Part shown: in pieces, positions 1 to 10,246 of the stretch
Layout of the letters: each line of letters begins with the position of its first letter
How positions within the stretch are numbered: position 1 is the first letter of the stretch
Origin: a virus
Length of the DNA: 46,248 nt
Virus record (IMG/VR): IMGVR_UViG_3300032163_000001
Coordinates: 1-46,248 of that record
Direction: 5' to 3' (one strand)
Position numbers and translations under genes: made by a program
Notes under the pieces: model-generated
What the model was told of the DNA's origin: nothing
Database searches by the model: none
Seen by the model: only the letters and a program-made list of their open reading frames with translations

Positions 1-240
1 GGTCCTACCGGATATACTGGCGCTGACTCTAGCGTAACTGGTCCAACCGGTCCTACCGGATATACTGGCGCTGACTCTAGCGTAACTGGTCCAACCGGTC
101 CTACCGGATATACTGGCGCTGCTAGTTTAGTTACTGGTCCAACAGGTCCTACCGGTTATACCGGAGCTGACTCCGAAGTTACTGGACCAACAGGTCCTAC
201 CGGTTATACCGGAGCTGACTCCGAAGTTACTGGACCAACA
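1..240 (+). repeat. Five near-perfect 48-bp tandem repeats (16-aa units) inside the collagen-like CDS
   Basis: ggtcctaccggatatactggcgctgactctagcgtaactggtccaacc recurs at 1, 49, 97, 145 and 193 with few substitutions. The repeats are coding, not a CRISPR array (no spacers). Confidence 0.8.
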
Positions 241-450
241 GGTCCTACTGGAGCTACAGGTGCAGATAGCACCGTTACAGGTCCAACCGGTCCAACTGGA
301 TGGACTGGTCCTGGAGGAGAAGAAGGAGGTCCAACTGGTCCCACCGGAGCTACAGGTGCAGATAGTACTGTTACTGGTCCGACAGGTCCAACAGGTTATA
401 CCGGAGCTGCTGGTACAGGTGACTCAGGAGTACTAGTTTGGATATTATAA
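1..450 (+). CDS. C-terminal part of a collagen-like (Gly-Pro-Thr-Gly triplet) repeat protein, 5' partial; probable tail fibre
   Basis: Frame 1 is open from base 1 to TAA at 448-450. Translation is [16 protein letters not shown] units, i.e. collagen-like G-X-Y triplets. The start lies outside the window. Confidence 0.7.
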   Translation, partial: GPTGYTGADSSVTGPTGPTGYTGADSSVTGPTGPTGYTGAASLVTGPTGPTGYTGADSEVTGPTGPTGYTGADSEVTGPTGPTGATGADSTVTGPTGPTGWTGPGGEEGGPTGPTGATGADSTVTGPTGPTGYTGAAGTGDSGVLVWIL

Positions 451-470
451 AAGTTTACTAAGGAGAAAAA

Positions 471-794
471 ATGGCACTAGATATTAAAAATATTGCAGAA
501 GGACAACTTCCAAGTTCTACTGGAGACTTATATACAGTTTCTGCATCTACTAAAACGATTATAAAATCGATTACTCTTGTGAATACAAATACGATAATTG
601 AGACTATTAATCTATACCTCTTAAAATCTGGGAGTTCTGCACGAAGGATAATTCCAAAAGATATGCAGTTAGGTGTAGGTTATAGTCTTATTTTTGATGA
701 TGTTTTGACTCTTGGAACGGGAGATAAAATTCAGGGTGATACTACAACAGGGTCAAAAGTAGATTATACCATCTCTGGAACGGAGGAAACTTAA
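471..794 (+). CDS. hypothetical protein (107 aa) between the two collagen-like genes
   Basis: ATG preceded by AAGGAG. The stop overlaps the next start (TAATG). Confidence 0.5.
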   Translation: MALDIKNIAEGQLPSSTGDLYTVSASTKTIIKSITLVNTNTIIETINLYLLKSGSSARRIIPKDMQLGVGYSLIFDDVLTLGTGDKIQGDTTTGSKVDYTISGTEET

Positions 795-1735
795 TGAAAG
801 TATTTGATAGGGATGGAAGAGTTCTAACTAATCCAACTACAACTGGTCCTACCGGAGCTGCTAGCACTGTTACTGGTCCAACAGGTCCTTCTGTTACTGG
901 TCCTACCGGAGCTGCTAGTACTGTAACTGGACCTACAGGTCCTACCGGACCAACTGGAGCTGATTCTGAAGTTACTGGTCCAACTGGTCCTTCTGTTACT
1001 GGTCCAACCGGACCAACTGGTGCTGACTCTAGTGTAACTGGTCCAACTGGAGCTTCTATTACAGGTCCAACTGGAGCTGCTAGCACTGTAACTGGTCCAA
1101 CTGGAGCTTCTATTACAGGTCCAACTGGTGCTGACTCTAGTGTAACTGGTCCAACTGGAGCTTCTATTACAGGTCCTACTGGAGCTGCTAGCACTGTTAC
1201 TGGTCCTACTGGTCCAAGTGTTACAGGTCCAACTGGAGCTGCTAGCACTGTTACTGGTCCTACTGGTCCAAGTGTTACTGGTCCAACTGGTCCAAGTGTT
1301 ACAGGTCCTACTGGTCCTACTGGTCCTACAATAACACTCACTGAGACTATGACCAGTGATACTACTGCCACTGGTATAATTGTAAGTAAGACAGCTGGTG
1401 AGAGTGTGGCTTTTGGTGACACTGTATATTTTAAGTCTGATGGAAAGGCTTGGAAAACAAATGCAGCAACAGCAACCTTATTCCCAGCTCAGGCTATGGC
1501 AATAGCCACAATTACTACAGGTAATACAGGAAACTTTTTATTATATGGAACAGCAAGAAAAGATGCGTGGAACTGGACAATAGGTGGTATTATTTATTTA
1601 GATTCATCGGCGGGAGGAATGACTCAAACTCCACCTTCTACAACTGACTATTGTGTTCAAGTTTTAGGAGTATGCCATCCAAATGCAGATACAGTGTTTT
1701 TTAACCCAGATCAAAACTATATTACTCATACATAG
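794..1735 (+). CDS. collagen-like repeat protein with a C-terminal globular domain (BclA-like or phage fibre-like)
   Basis: About 170 aa of (V/I)TGPTG(A/P)(A/S)S(T/E) triplet repeats, followed by about 130 aa of non-repetitive C-terminus. GGAGGA ribosome-binding site. Confidence 0.7.
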   Translation: MKVFDRDGRVLTNPTTTGPTGAASTVTGPTGPSVTGPTGAASTVTGPTGPTGPTGADSEVTGPTGPSVTGPTGPTGADSSVTGPTGASITGPTGAASTVTGPTGASITGPTGADSSVTGPTGASITGPTGAASTVTGPTGPSVTGPTGAASTVTGPTGPSVTGPTGPSVTGPTGPTGPTITLTETMTSDTTATGIIVSKTAGESVAFGDTVYFKSDGKAWKTNAATATLFPAQAMAIATITTGNTGNFLLYGTARKDAWNWTIGGIIYLDSSAGGMTQTPPSTTDYCVQVLGVCHPNADTVFFNPDQNYITHT

Positions 1736-1744
1736 GAGAATTAA

Positions 1745-2935
1745 ATGGCAGTTTTTAAACCAGGTCAAAATAATGATGATTGCCTAACATATAATTCAAT
1801 CATAAACCTTAACGCTTTCTATCTTGGAAATATTGGCTACTCATGTGATTCAGGAGTCCGATTTTCAAACGTTACTATTCCAAAAGGAGCCACGATATTA
1901 TCCGCAAAAGTTACGTTTCAATCGGCGGGCAATTACGCCACTACGGTTTGCAACGACCGAATCAAAGGAGAAGACGTTGATGACCCAGCGGTCTTTTCAA
2001 CTTATGCTAACTATGCGGGAAGAGCGAGAACAGACCACCTTGTGGATTGGAACGCTGTACCTGCAATGGCTACGGACACTGATTACGATAGTCCAGATCT
2101 TACAGATATTATTCAACACATTGTGAATAGAGCTGGATGGGCAAGTGGACAACATTTGGTTTTATTTTTTGCAGATAATGTAAGTGACATTGCGTACAGA
2201 ATACTTAAAGATTATGATGTAAGCACAACCCTATGTGCCAGATTAACGGTAACTTGGTCTTGGACTCCGACTTCACCATTAACTATTCAACCGGCTGATG
2301 CAGATGCTTATTTATTTCAACAAACTCCTGATACTAATTATGGAACTAACGCTGAGATAGCTGTGTTAGATTATAATACCCTTATGAGTCATTCATTACT
2401 CAGATTTGATTTTTCTACTTTACCAGTTGGAGCAATCATAACAGCCGCTGAATTAGATTTATATTATTATATGTTGGAAGCAGGTGATCCTGTTGGAAGA
2501 ACATATTGGGCTCATGAGTTAACCCAACCTGCATGGACTGAACTTGGTACAACCTGGAATAAATATGATGGAACTAACGCTTGGGCAATCGCTGGTGGTG
2601 ACTATATAACAACCAATGGAGCTTCTGTGGTAATGCCAGCATCTTTTGGATGGGTAAGTTGGAATGTATTAAACTTGGTTAAACATTTTCAATCTGTCCA
2701 TAGTAGTATTGCCAATTTTCTAATAAAAGACGGAACCGAAGAGAATAGTCAAACGGGAGCAGGTTTTGCCAGCAGAAATTATGCAACTGATTATACATTA
2801 AGACCCAAGTTAAAAATTACATATACTACAGGCCCAGCCGGCATTAAAACCATTAATGGAATAGCAATTACTAGCGTGAAAACAATTAACGGTATTGCAA
2901 TCGGATCAGTTAAATCTTGGAATGGATTGAGCTAA
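1745..2935 (+). CDS. hypothetical protein, possible fibre or receptor-binding component
   Basis: 396-aa ORF with a ribosome-binding site. The C-terminus carries two tandem KTINGIAI(T/G)SVK units. It sits next to the fibre genes. Confidence 0.45.
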   Translation: MAVFKPGQNNDDCLTYNSIINLNAFYLGNIGYSCDSGVRFSNVTIPKGATILSAKVTFQSAGNYATTVCNDRIKGEDVDDPAVFSTYANYAGRARTDHLVDWNAVPAMATDTDYDSPDLTDIIQHIVNRAGWASGQHLVLFFADNVSDIAYRILKDYDVSTTLCARLTVTWSWTPTSPLTIQPADADAYLFQQTPDTNYGTNAEIAVLDYNTLMSHSLLRFDFSTLPVGAIITAAELDLYYYMLEAGDPVGRTYWAHELTQPAWTELGTTWNKYDGTNAWAIAGGDYITTNGASVVMPASFGWVSWNVLNLVKHFQSVHSSIANFLIKDGTEENSQTGAGFASRNYATDYTLRPKLKITYTTGPAGIKTINGIAITSVKTINGIAIGSVKSWNGLS

Positions 2936-3040
2936 ACTATCTAAATAGGAGGTAAATATCAAGAATGAGAAAGTTCAGCTTTTTAAGTTTTGGAACAAAT
3001 ATAAGAGGCGAAAAATTAGACAGGTAAGAGGCAAAGAAAT

Positions 3041-3433
3041 ATGAGTACTTATCCATATACAACAAATACTAAAACAGTTTACTTTCCAAATGATACGTCA
3101 GGACAAACAGGTTCGTATGCAAGAGTCCTCCAACTTTCTACTGGGTATCTGTTAGACAATGCTGATGGAATATTCAAAGCTTCTCCTGGTGATCATGAAA
3201 TTCCTTTGGTCGAAGGACAACCTTTTATCTACCATTTTTCTGAAAGTAGGCATGTTTGGGATGATGGTGAGTATCAAGCGTATGCTTATGATAATACAGA
3301 CAAACTTTTTAGTGTAGCTCAATTTTCTATATATGACGATAGAGAAGTTATCATGTCGAATATAGAATATGAAATACGTCATATAAGTTCTACGATTGAA
3401 GACTTTCCTATTCCGGTTTATACTATACCTTAA
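3041..3433 (+). CDS. hypothetical protein
   Basis: 130-aa ORF with a ribosome-binding site. Confidence 0.45.
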   Translation: MSTYPYTTNTKTVYFPNDTSGQTGSYARVLQLSTGYLLDNADGIFKASPGDHEIPLVEGQPFIYHFSESRHVWDDGEYQAYAYDNTDKLFSVAQFSIYDDREVIMSNIEYEIRHISSTIEDFPIPVYTIP

Positions 3434-3615
3434 TAGTTACTTTTTTCTGAACTTTTTTGTTAAGTTTTCTAGAGAAGACTAGAAAGAAACTCTATAAACA
3501 GGAAAGGAACTTTTTAGGATCTAGTTGTTTTCTGAAGAGAAAGAAAGAAATGATAAAGAATCATCTATGTATTAAGTGAACAAATCTTTACTAATGGATT
3601 CTAGAAAAGAGAAAA

Positions 3616-4077
3616 ATGAATTATATTGGATTAGACATATCGTTTACTGGAACTGGGTTAATAGTAATTGACGAAAGTTCTAGTATTTTATATGAAGAAT
3701 TGATATCATCGAATTCAGAAGAGAATATTGAATGTAGAATTATAGATATAACTGATCGAGTTTTCTCAAAAATTGAAAAATATAAAAGCTCTAAAATTTG
3801 TATAGAAGGGTTGTCATTTTCATCAAGAGGACAATCTACTTTAGATTTAGCTGGTTTACATTTCTATGTAAGAACGACTCTATTTAGAGATGATTATATT
3901 TTTTATATTATTCCTCCCACTACGTTGAAAAAGTTTGTAACTGGCACAGGACGCTGTCAGAAAAACTTAATGTTATTAAAATGTTATAAGAAATTTGGAA
4001 TAGAATTTGATAACGATAATTTATGTGATGCTTATTGTTTAGCTCGATATGGACTAGAAAATTACAAAGGGAAATAA
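3616..4077 (+). CDS. RuvC-like Holliday junction resolvase
   Basis: N-terminal YIGLDISFTGTGLIVID matches the RuvC/YqgF motif I (hhGhDxG...G.hh.D). C-terminal CDAYCLARYG resembles the RuvC terminal DAADALAIA motif. Confidence 0.55.
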   Translation: MNYIGLDISFTGTGLIVIDESSSILYEELISSNSEENIECRIIDITDRVFSKIEKYKSSKICIEGLSFSSRGQSTLDLAGLHFYVRTTLFRDDYIFYIIPPTTLKKFVTGTGRCQKNLMLLKCYKKFGIEFDNDNLCDAYCLARYGLENYKGK

Positions 4078-4079
4078 TT

Positions 4080-4553
4080 ATGAAAAAAGTTACTGTAAGT
4101 AAATTAATAGAAAAATACATTGGAAAAGTTTTTGAAGATCTGGAACAAAAATATCCAGGTTTATATCCAGATTTATATACAGGAAATATTGAGAAACAAA
4201 CACTACAAAATGACTATTTTAGACAGGTTTTATTCACTACTAAAAATCTTCAATTGGTTGTGATGTGTTTACAACCAGGAGAAGAAATTGGAGATGAAGT
4301 TCATCAAAACGTAGATCAGTTTTTTAGAATTGAGGAAGGTGAAGCAAAATTTATTTTTAATGAGAAGAGTGAATATATTGGACGTGATGGAGATGCAGTT
4401 ATAGTCCCACAAGGAACCTTCCATAACGTGATTAATATTGGGAAGAATCAATTGAGATTATATACTCTTTATTCCCCACCAAATCATCCTAAAGGTACAA
4501 TTCATAAGACTAAATCTGAAGCTGAACAAGCTGAAAAGACCAACACTGTTTAA
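4080..4553 (+). CDS. cupin-fold protein
   Basis: G(x)5HxH-like segment (GEEIGDEVHQNVDQFFRIEEGE...GDAVIVPQGTFHNVIN) typical of a cupin barrel. The ATG at 4080 with an AAGGG ribosome-binding site is preferred over the track start at 4035. Confidence 0.45.
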   Translation: MKKVTVSKLIEKYIGKVFEDLEQKYPGLYPDLYTGNIEKQTLQNDYFRQVLFTTKNLQLVVMCLQPGEEIGDEVHQNVDQFFRIEEGEAKFIFNEKSEYIGRDGDAVIVPQGTFHNVINIGKNQLRLYTLYSPPNHPKGTIHKTKSEAEQAEKTNTV

Positions 4554-4595
4554 GAATTATAAGTATCCTTTCTAAAAATTTAACAGAGGTTATGT

Positions 4596-6809
4596 ATGGA
4601 AATTGCAAGTAGATTTATTTTAATTGAACATCTTGCTAAAAGAAGTGGACGGCATTTTGATCTTCGCTTCCGAAAGCCAAATTCTAAAGATTGGGATAGT
4701 TTTGCTACGAAAAAAGAAATGCCTCCCACAAAGAAAATTATGCTTATAAGAACAACGATCCATACAGAAGAAGAAGCTTTATTCGTTGGAAGAATTCCAG
4801 AAGGTTATGGTGCGGGAATTTTGAAAAAGGTTGACGAAGGTGAATGTATAATCAAGAAGTACAAAAGTTACCATATTTTAGCAGAGTTTAAAGGAAAGAA
4901 ACTTAATGGAATTTATCATTTCTTTCAACCAAAAGGTATAGAAGAGAAGTTTGGAAAGAACTCGTATTTATTTTTTAAAGGGAGAGAAGAAGAAATGCAA
5001 GAAAAAGTTAAACTCTCTGAAAATGCTCTTTCCGTAGCGAAGAGCAGATATTTCATGGATAATGAAGATTGGGAAAGTTTTTCTCAAAGGGTCGCTGACC
5101 CAATAGCAGATGTAGAAAAAGAAAAAGAAAAATATAGAGAAAAATTTTCTGAGATGATTTATCGCATGAATTTCTTAGGTGGTGGTAGAATTCTGAGAAA
5201 TTCTGGAAGAGCAAAAGGAACATTACTTAATTGTTATCATTTACCGTGTGGAGATTCAATTGAAGAGATTGGTGAGTTTATTAAAGATTCTTTAATTTTA
5301 TGGGCTGAAGGCGGAGGAGTTGGTTGTACTTTTTCTACCCTTAGACCACACGGGAGTCCAATTAAAGGAAAAGGGGGATATTCATCAGGAGCAGTTAGTT
5401 TTATACAAGCAATAGATTCAGTATCTAAAGTAATAGAAAGTGGGGGGTCGAGGAGAGCTGCAGCACTTGCTTCTTTAAATATTTCACATCCGGATATATT
5501 TGATTTTATTGATGCAAAGTTAGTTGATGGAAGAATTTCTAGTTTTAATATTTCTGTAGAAGTTAATAATGATTTTTTAGATGCTGTATCTGAAGATAAA
5601 GATTGGAATCTAGAATTCGGTGGAAAGTTTTATAAGACAGTTAAAGCTAGAGAGATTTGGGATAAAATTATATTGAATATGATTGAACATGCTGAACCAG
5701 GAATATTGAATATGGATAACTTAACAGAGAATAATTCTTGGTATTTTGATCCAGTAACTGGAGTTAACCCGTGTGGTGAAGCTATATTAGCTCCATATGA
5801 ATCATGTGATCTTGGTTCTTTAGTCCTTTCTAATTTCGTGGATAAAGATGGAAATACTGATTGGAATAAATTAAAAGAAACAATATTTTTGGGTGTTAGA
5901 TTTTTAGATAATGTTCTTGATGTTAATAAGTTTACTATTGAAAAGATAAATGAGAAAAGTAAGAATGGTAGAAGAATTGGTCTTGGAGTTATGGGTTTAG
6001 CAGAATATTTATTTAAGAAAAAAGTAAGGTATGGTTCTGAAGAATCATTAAAGTATATAGAAGAGACAATGGCATTTATTAGAGATAACTGTTATTTAGC
6101 ATCAGTTGAGTTAGCTAAAGAAAAAGGATCTTTTCTAAAATTTGATAAAGATAAATATCTACAATCTTCCTTCGTAAAAACCCTTCCTGATTTTATCCAA
6201 AGCAAAATCTATAGAAATGGGATAAGGAATGTGACATTACTCGCTATAGCGCCAACGGGTACGATCTCTTTACTTCCAGAAGTTACAAGTTCTATTGAAC
6301 CATTGTTTGCAAAGTCGTTTATTCGGAGAGATCGAGCTGGAAATAGAATATATATTCACCCTCTTTATGAGAGACTAATTTTAGAAGGAAAAGGAAGAAT
6401 TCCTGAATGGTTTGTAGACACTTATGATTTGAAGCCGGAAGACCATTTTGCAGTTCAAAGAGTAGTTCAAAAATTTGTTGATGGAGCAACGAGTAAAACT
6501 ATAAATCTTCCAAAGGGAATAACTAAAGAGGAACTTAGTAGTCTTCTTTTAGATAATCTTAAATACTTAAAAGGCGTTACAGTTTACGTTGATGGAAGCA
6601 GGTCTGGGCAGATTTTAAATCGTATGTCAGAGGGACAAGTTCTTTCTTACTTAAAAAAGAATGGCAAGATAATTTCACATTCTTTAGAAGAAAGAGATAC
6701 TGAATGTATACCCTGTTCTAGAGGAAGAGAAACTAAAACTTTAGATTTTAAAGATATAAAGGAAAAAGTTTTGAAAGATATTATTTTTAAACGAGGACTA
6801 GAAAAATGA
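4596..6809 (+). CDS. ribonucleotide reductase catalytic subunit (class II-like) with an additional roughly 130-aa N-terminal domain
   Basis: RNR catalytic-core motifs are present: LNCYHLPCGDSIEE, GGGVGCTFSTLRPHGSPI, VNPCGEAIL (NxCGE thiyl-radical site). There is a C-terminal CxxC and no nrdB-like gene nearby. The N-terminal 130 aa (RHFDLRF...IPEGYGAGIL) are not part of a normal RNR. Confidence 0.75.
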   Translation: MEIASRFILIEHLAKRSGRHFDLRFRKPNSKDWDSFATKKEMPPTKKIMLIRTTIHTEEEALFVGRIPEGYGAGILKKVDEGECIIKKYKSYHILAEFKGKKLNGIYHFFQPKGIEEKFGKNSYLFFKGREEEMQEKVKLSENALSVAKSRYFMDNEDWESFSQRVADPIADVEKEKEKYREKFSEMIYRMNFLGGGRILRNSGRAKGTLLNCYHLPCGDSIEEIGEFIKDSLILWAEGGGVGCTFSTLRPHGSPIKGKGGYSSGAVSFIQAIDSVSKVIESGGSRRAAALASLNISHPDIFDFIDAKLVDGRISSFNISVEVNNDFLDAVSEDKDWNLEFGGKFYKTVKAREIWDKIILNMIEHAEPGILNMDNLTENNSWYFDPVTGVNPCGEAILAPYESCDLGSLVLSNFVDKDGNTDWNKLKETIFLGVRFLDNVLDVNKFTIEKINEKSKNGRRIGLGVMGLAEYLFKKKVRYGSEESLKYIEETMAFIRDNCYLASVELAKEKGSFLKFDKDKYLQSSFVKTLPDFIQSKIYRNGIRNVTLLAIAPTGTISLLPEVTSSIEPLFAKSFIRRDRAGNRIYIHPLYERLILEGKGRIPEWFVDTYDLKPEDHFAVQRVVQKFVDGATSKTINLPKGITKEELSSLLLDNLKYLKGVTVYVDGSRSGQILNRMSEGQVLSYLKKNGKIISHSLEERDTECIPCSRGRETKTLDFKDIKEKVLKDIIFKRGLEK

Positions 6810-7510
6810 AATGTGTATATTGTCAAAGAAGTAAAGCAAAATATAAGTTAAAGAATGGAAAATGGTGTTGTTGTAGACACCATAATCAGTGTCCAGCTAG
6901 TAAAGAAATTTTAAGTAACAGTAACAAAGGTAAGAAACATTTGTGGAGTGAGCAAGGAAGAATAAATTTTGCTGAACTAACGAAGATCAGAGTTCCATGG
7001 AATAAAGGAAAAAATTTATCTCAAGAACATTTGGAACACTTATCGAAGAGCCATTTAGGGCAAGTTGCTTGGAATAAAGGAAAGATCGGGGTATACTCTA
7101 AAGAAGTAATAGAAAGTATAAGTGAAAAAGTAAAAGAACTCTGGAAAAATCCAGAATTTGTTAAAAAAATTTATAAATCTCTAGCTCATGGAATGAACAA
7201 GGAAGAAAGTAAAATAAATGAAATTACAGAGAATTTAGATTATAAATATACTGGAGATTTTTCATTTATGATTGGTGGAAAAAGTCCAGACTTTACCAAT
7301 TTTGAGAAAAAGAAAGTAATTGAATTCTTTGGTTCCTGGTATCATGGAGAAGAATACAGGAGAAGAATATATAATGATTTTAAGTCAAATAAAGACCATG
7401 AAATAGAACGAATAGAACACTTTAAAAAATATGGTTTTGATTGTTTAATAATTTGGGGAGACGAACTTAAAAGTAAAGATCTATTAGTACAAAAGATAAA
7501 AAATTTTTAG
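6806..7510 (+). CDS. homing endonuclease-like protein: N-terminal Cys zinc finger, NUMOD3-like repeats, C-terminal PD-(D/E)XK-like domain
   Basis: CVYCQ...GKWCCCRHHNQC cysteine cluster. Repeated WNKGK/SxEHxxK motifs. C-terminal PDFTNF...EFFGSWYHG. The ATGA overlaps the RNR stop. Confidence 0.5.
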   Translation: MKCVYCQRSKAKYKLKNGKWCCCRHHNQCPASKEILSNSNKGKKHLWSEQGRINFAELTKIRVPWNKGKNLSQEHLEHLSKSHLGQVAWNKGKIGVYSKEVIESISEKVKELWKNPEFVKKIYKSLAHGMNKEESKINEITENLDYKYTGDFSFMIGGKSPDFTNFEKKKVIEFFGSWYHGEEYRRRIYNDFKSNKDHEIERIEHFKKYGFDCLIIWGDELKSKDLLVQKIKNF

Positions 7511-7523
7511 GAGGAAATTAAAA

Positions 7524-7709
7524 ATGTTACTACTTAAAGAAAATGAAATATGTCCAAAAAAAGATGTTTGTATGTTTGCAGAAGTTGGAGGAGAAAAGTG
7601 TTATGGGACATGTTTTCGTAATAGTCTATTTGCATGTGATTTAGATTTTTCTGACGAACCCAGTGATATTTCATTTGAGCAGTTACAGGTTTGTAGTCTT
7701 CAAATTTAG
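7524..7709 (+). CDS. small Cys-rich hypothetical protein
   Basis: 61 aa with several Cys residues and an AGGAGG ribosome-binding site. Confidence 0.35.
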   Translation: MLLLKENEICPKKDVCMFAEVGGEKCYGTCFRNSLFACDLDFSDEPSDISFEQLQVCSLQI

Positions 7710-7718
7710 GAGCTAAAA

Positions 7719-8117
7719 ATGAAACTAGATAATGAACGAACAGAACTCTTACTGAAAGAGTATGATGAGCAACGAATGGCTCTAAAGAATATGATTAGTG
7801 ATCTTGAGAAAATAAAAGTGAAATTAGATATATTGTTTCCCGAAAGACTTGATGCAAGGTATATAAGACTTTTTGAAGAGAGAATGAAGTCTATATCAGC
7901 TTTATTTCAAATACTTCTTGAGGTTAGAAAAGAGATCTTAAAGAGTGTTAGAGATGAAATTGAGATTAGGAGAAAAGTAGACATTGAAAAAGAACTAGAA
8001 GATTCTCTAGAAAATATTAGAGACCTCGCGAAGAAAGTAGAAAAGTTCCAGAGGGATGAAAAATTACTACTAGAAGAACAAAATAATAGTGAAAAACCAT
8101 TGGAGGTAAGTTCATGA
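7719..8117 (+). CDS. coiled-coil hypothetical protein
   Basis: 132 aa rich in E/K/L heptads with a ribosome-binding site. Confidence 0.4.
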   Translation: MKLDNERTELLLKEYDEQRMALKNMISDLEKIKVKLDILFPERLDARYIRLFEERMKSISALFQILLEVRKEILKSVRDEIEIRRKVDIEKELEDSLENIRDLAKKVEKFQRDEKLLLEEQNNSEKPLEVSS

Positions 8118-9301
8118 CTAATGAAATAGAGAATGATGAACAAGAGAGTCAAGTAAAAGATGATGTGAAAGAAATTTTGGAATCTACAAAAATAGATAAA
8201 AATCGGTTAAGTAATATAGAACCAGTTGATGTAGAAGCAATAAGTAAAGATGATCAAAAAATACAACAACTCTATTCTGAATTCTCTTCGTTTTTAGAAA
8301 CAAGTGCTGACATTATATCTGACAGTGGTGTTAAAACTGTTATCCCAACTGGGATCGATTTATTAGATGCGATCTTAGGTGGAGGTTTAGCTTGTGGTAC
8401 AATGTGTATAATTGTAGGACCTCCTGGTGGTGGTAAAACTATGTTAGCTGCACAAATAGGAGGTTCGATTCAAGTAGAATTTCCAGGGTCTATAGTTGCA
8501 TATTTAGATTCAGAAGAAGCTATTACAACTACTAGATTGTATAACCTTGGTGTAAAAAGACCGAAAATAAAACCATATTCAGATGTTACAGTAGAAAAAG
8601 TATTTAAATTTTTAGAAGGACTTTGTTTATTTAAAGAACAGAAAAAAATAATAGATATACCTTCAATTGTTGTCTGGGATTCGATTGCTAATACTTTGTC
8701 TCAAAAAGAACGAGAAGCTGATGATATTAATAGTGTTATAGGATATAAAGCAAGAATGTTGTCAATTCTAGTTCCAAAGTATGTATCTAAACTTTCGAAA
8801 TATAACATATGTTTAGTAGCTGTGAATCAATTGAGAGATTTGATCCAAATAGGAAATTTTACTCCTGCTAAAGAAATGAAGTTTATGCCTACAGGTAAGG
8901 AAATGCCAGGTGGTAATATCTTGAAATTTAATGCGTTTCAACTCATATATATGAAAATAAATTCTATTTTAGATTCAAAAAAAGAAGGATTTAGCGGAGT
9001 AGTTGTAGAACTAAAGTGTGTAAAAAATAAGTTATTCAGTCCGAATATTCCTATTCAACTTGTTGGCAACTTCTTAATTGGTTTTAGTAATTTTTGGAGT
9101 AACTATAAATTTCTTGTGGAGAATAAAAGACTAAGTAGTGGCGCATGGAACTATCTTATTACTCTCCCAAGTAAAAAGTTTAGAACTCTTGATGCTGAGA
9201 ATTTGTATAAAGATGATCAAGTGTTTAAGCAAACTTTTGATGAAGTTGTAAAAGACACTATACAAAAAGAAATAGTCGATAAGAACGTTGTCCCAGTATA
9301 A
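8114..9301 (+). CDS. RecA/UvsX-family recombinase
   Basis: TGIDLLDAILGGGLACGTMCIIVGPPGGGKTMLAAQ aligns to the RecA Walker A region (TGSLSLDIALGAGGLP.G.IVEIYGPESSGKT). VAYLDSEEA and SIVVWDSIAN match the RecA downstream motifs. Confidence 0.7.
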   Translation: MTNEIENDEQESQVKDDVKEILESTKIDKNRLSNIEPVDVEAISKDDQKIQQLYSEFSSFLETSADIISDSGVKTVIPTGIDLLDAILGGGLACGTMCIIVGPPGGGKTMLAAQIGGSIQVEFPGSIVAYLDSEEAITTTRLYNLGVKRPKIKPYSDVTVEKVFKFLEGLCLFKEQKKIIDIPSIVVWDSIANTLSQKEREADDINSVIGYKARMLSILVPKYVSKLSKYNICLVAVNQLRDLIQIGNFTPAKEMKFMPTGKEMPGGNILKFNAFQLIYMKINSILDSKKEGFSGVVVELKCVKNKLFSPNIPIQLVGNFLIGFSNFWSNYKFLVENKRLSSGAWNYLITLPSKKFRTLDAENLYKDDQVFKQTFDEVVKDTIQKEIVDKNVVPV

Positions 9302-9369
9302 CATTCCTTTAGTTTTTCTAGAACAAATATTTAAATAAAGTTACAGTCTGAAGGAAGGGAGATGTAATT

Positions 9370-9696
9370 ATGAGCTCGAACATTTCTGAATTACTAAAAG
9401 ATTATGTTGAACAATCGGTGCGGAATTTAGTTGACAAACCTGAGGAAGTTAAAATATCTTGTACAGTTTCAACTAAACTTGTAATCATTCAAATTGAAAC
9501 AGCTGCAAATGATAGAGGAAAGATTATTGGAAAAGGTGGAAGAATTATTGATGCTTTAAAAATTATAGTTTCGGCTATGAAAAATGCCCGGTTCCCAAAC
9601 GACCCAAAGAAAGTTGCTTTAGAGATCATAGAGGACGAAAATCCAAATTTAAGTTATCTGGAGGGACGAGGAGGTAATAGAAATGAAGTTAAGTAA
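9370..9696 (+). CDS. KH-domain nucleic-acid-binding protein
   Basis: GKIIGKGGRIIDALKII GxxG loop, characteristic of a KH domain. Confidence 0.5.
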   Translation: MSSNISELLKDYVEQSVRNLVDKPEEVKISCTVSTKLVIIQIETAANDRGKIIGKGGRIIDALKIIVSAMKNARFPNDPKKVALEIIEDENPNLSYLEGRGGNRNEVK

Positions 9697-10246
9697 AGAA
9701 GTTAAAATTAAATTGCTTGAGAATTTCTATGGGTTAGACCATATCTTTTTTGGTAAACCAGTTAAAAAGGTTGAGGTATGTTGCCCAGTTTTAGTTACTG
9801 AATATTTATCGGTTAAAGGTGCTTTGCTCTCAACTTTGATAGAAATATATAGACTTATAGAATATTCTCCTAAAGAAATGAAACAGAAGATTACTACAAA
9901 ACAGTTGGTAGGAAAATCTTCTAAAGTTGCAGAATGGTGTAAATCGGCAGCTAAGAATTTGATGTCTAAAAAGAGAATGCGAAAGTATGTGAAAGAACAA
10001 GTCATCAAAGAAATAGAAAGTGATCCAAGAAAGAAAAAAGATATTGTAAAGATAACGGAAGTTAAAATCAAAGAGAAGGCTTTATCTTTGGCTGTTGATA
10101 ATATGCTTATCGCAAGAACTTTAGTTGAATCTAAACAACTCCAGAAATTAAACGATTGGAAAGGAAGAATACTGGAGGACGCATATAAAATTCTTCGAGA
10201 TAATTTAGTTGAATGTGTGATATCTATAACTGAAAATGGAGAATGA
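9683..10246 (+). CDS. hypothetical protein
   Basis: 187-aa ORF with a GAGGAGG ribosome-binding site. Confidence 0.4.
   Translation: MKLSKEVKIKLLENFYGLDHIFFGKPVKKVEVCCPVLVTEYLSVKGALLSTLIEIYRLIEYSPKEMKQKITTKQLVGKSSKVAEWCKSAAKNLMSKKRMRKYVKEQVIKEIESDPRKKKDIVKITEVKIKEKALSLAVDNMLIARTLVESKQLQKLNDWKGRILEDAYKILRDNLVECVISITENGE

Noticed and set aside
1-450. Possible CRISPR array suggested by the regular 48-bp tandem repeats
   Set aside because: The units are contiguous with no unique spacers and translate in frame into collagen-like triplets. This is a coding tandem repeat.
742-1422. 226-aa minus-strand ORF of PVGPV repeats
   Set aside because: It is the reverse complement of the collagen-like GPTG repeat gene at 794-1735. 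A repeat-driven open frame, not a gene.
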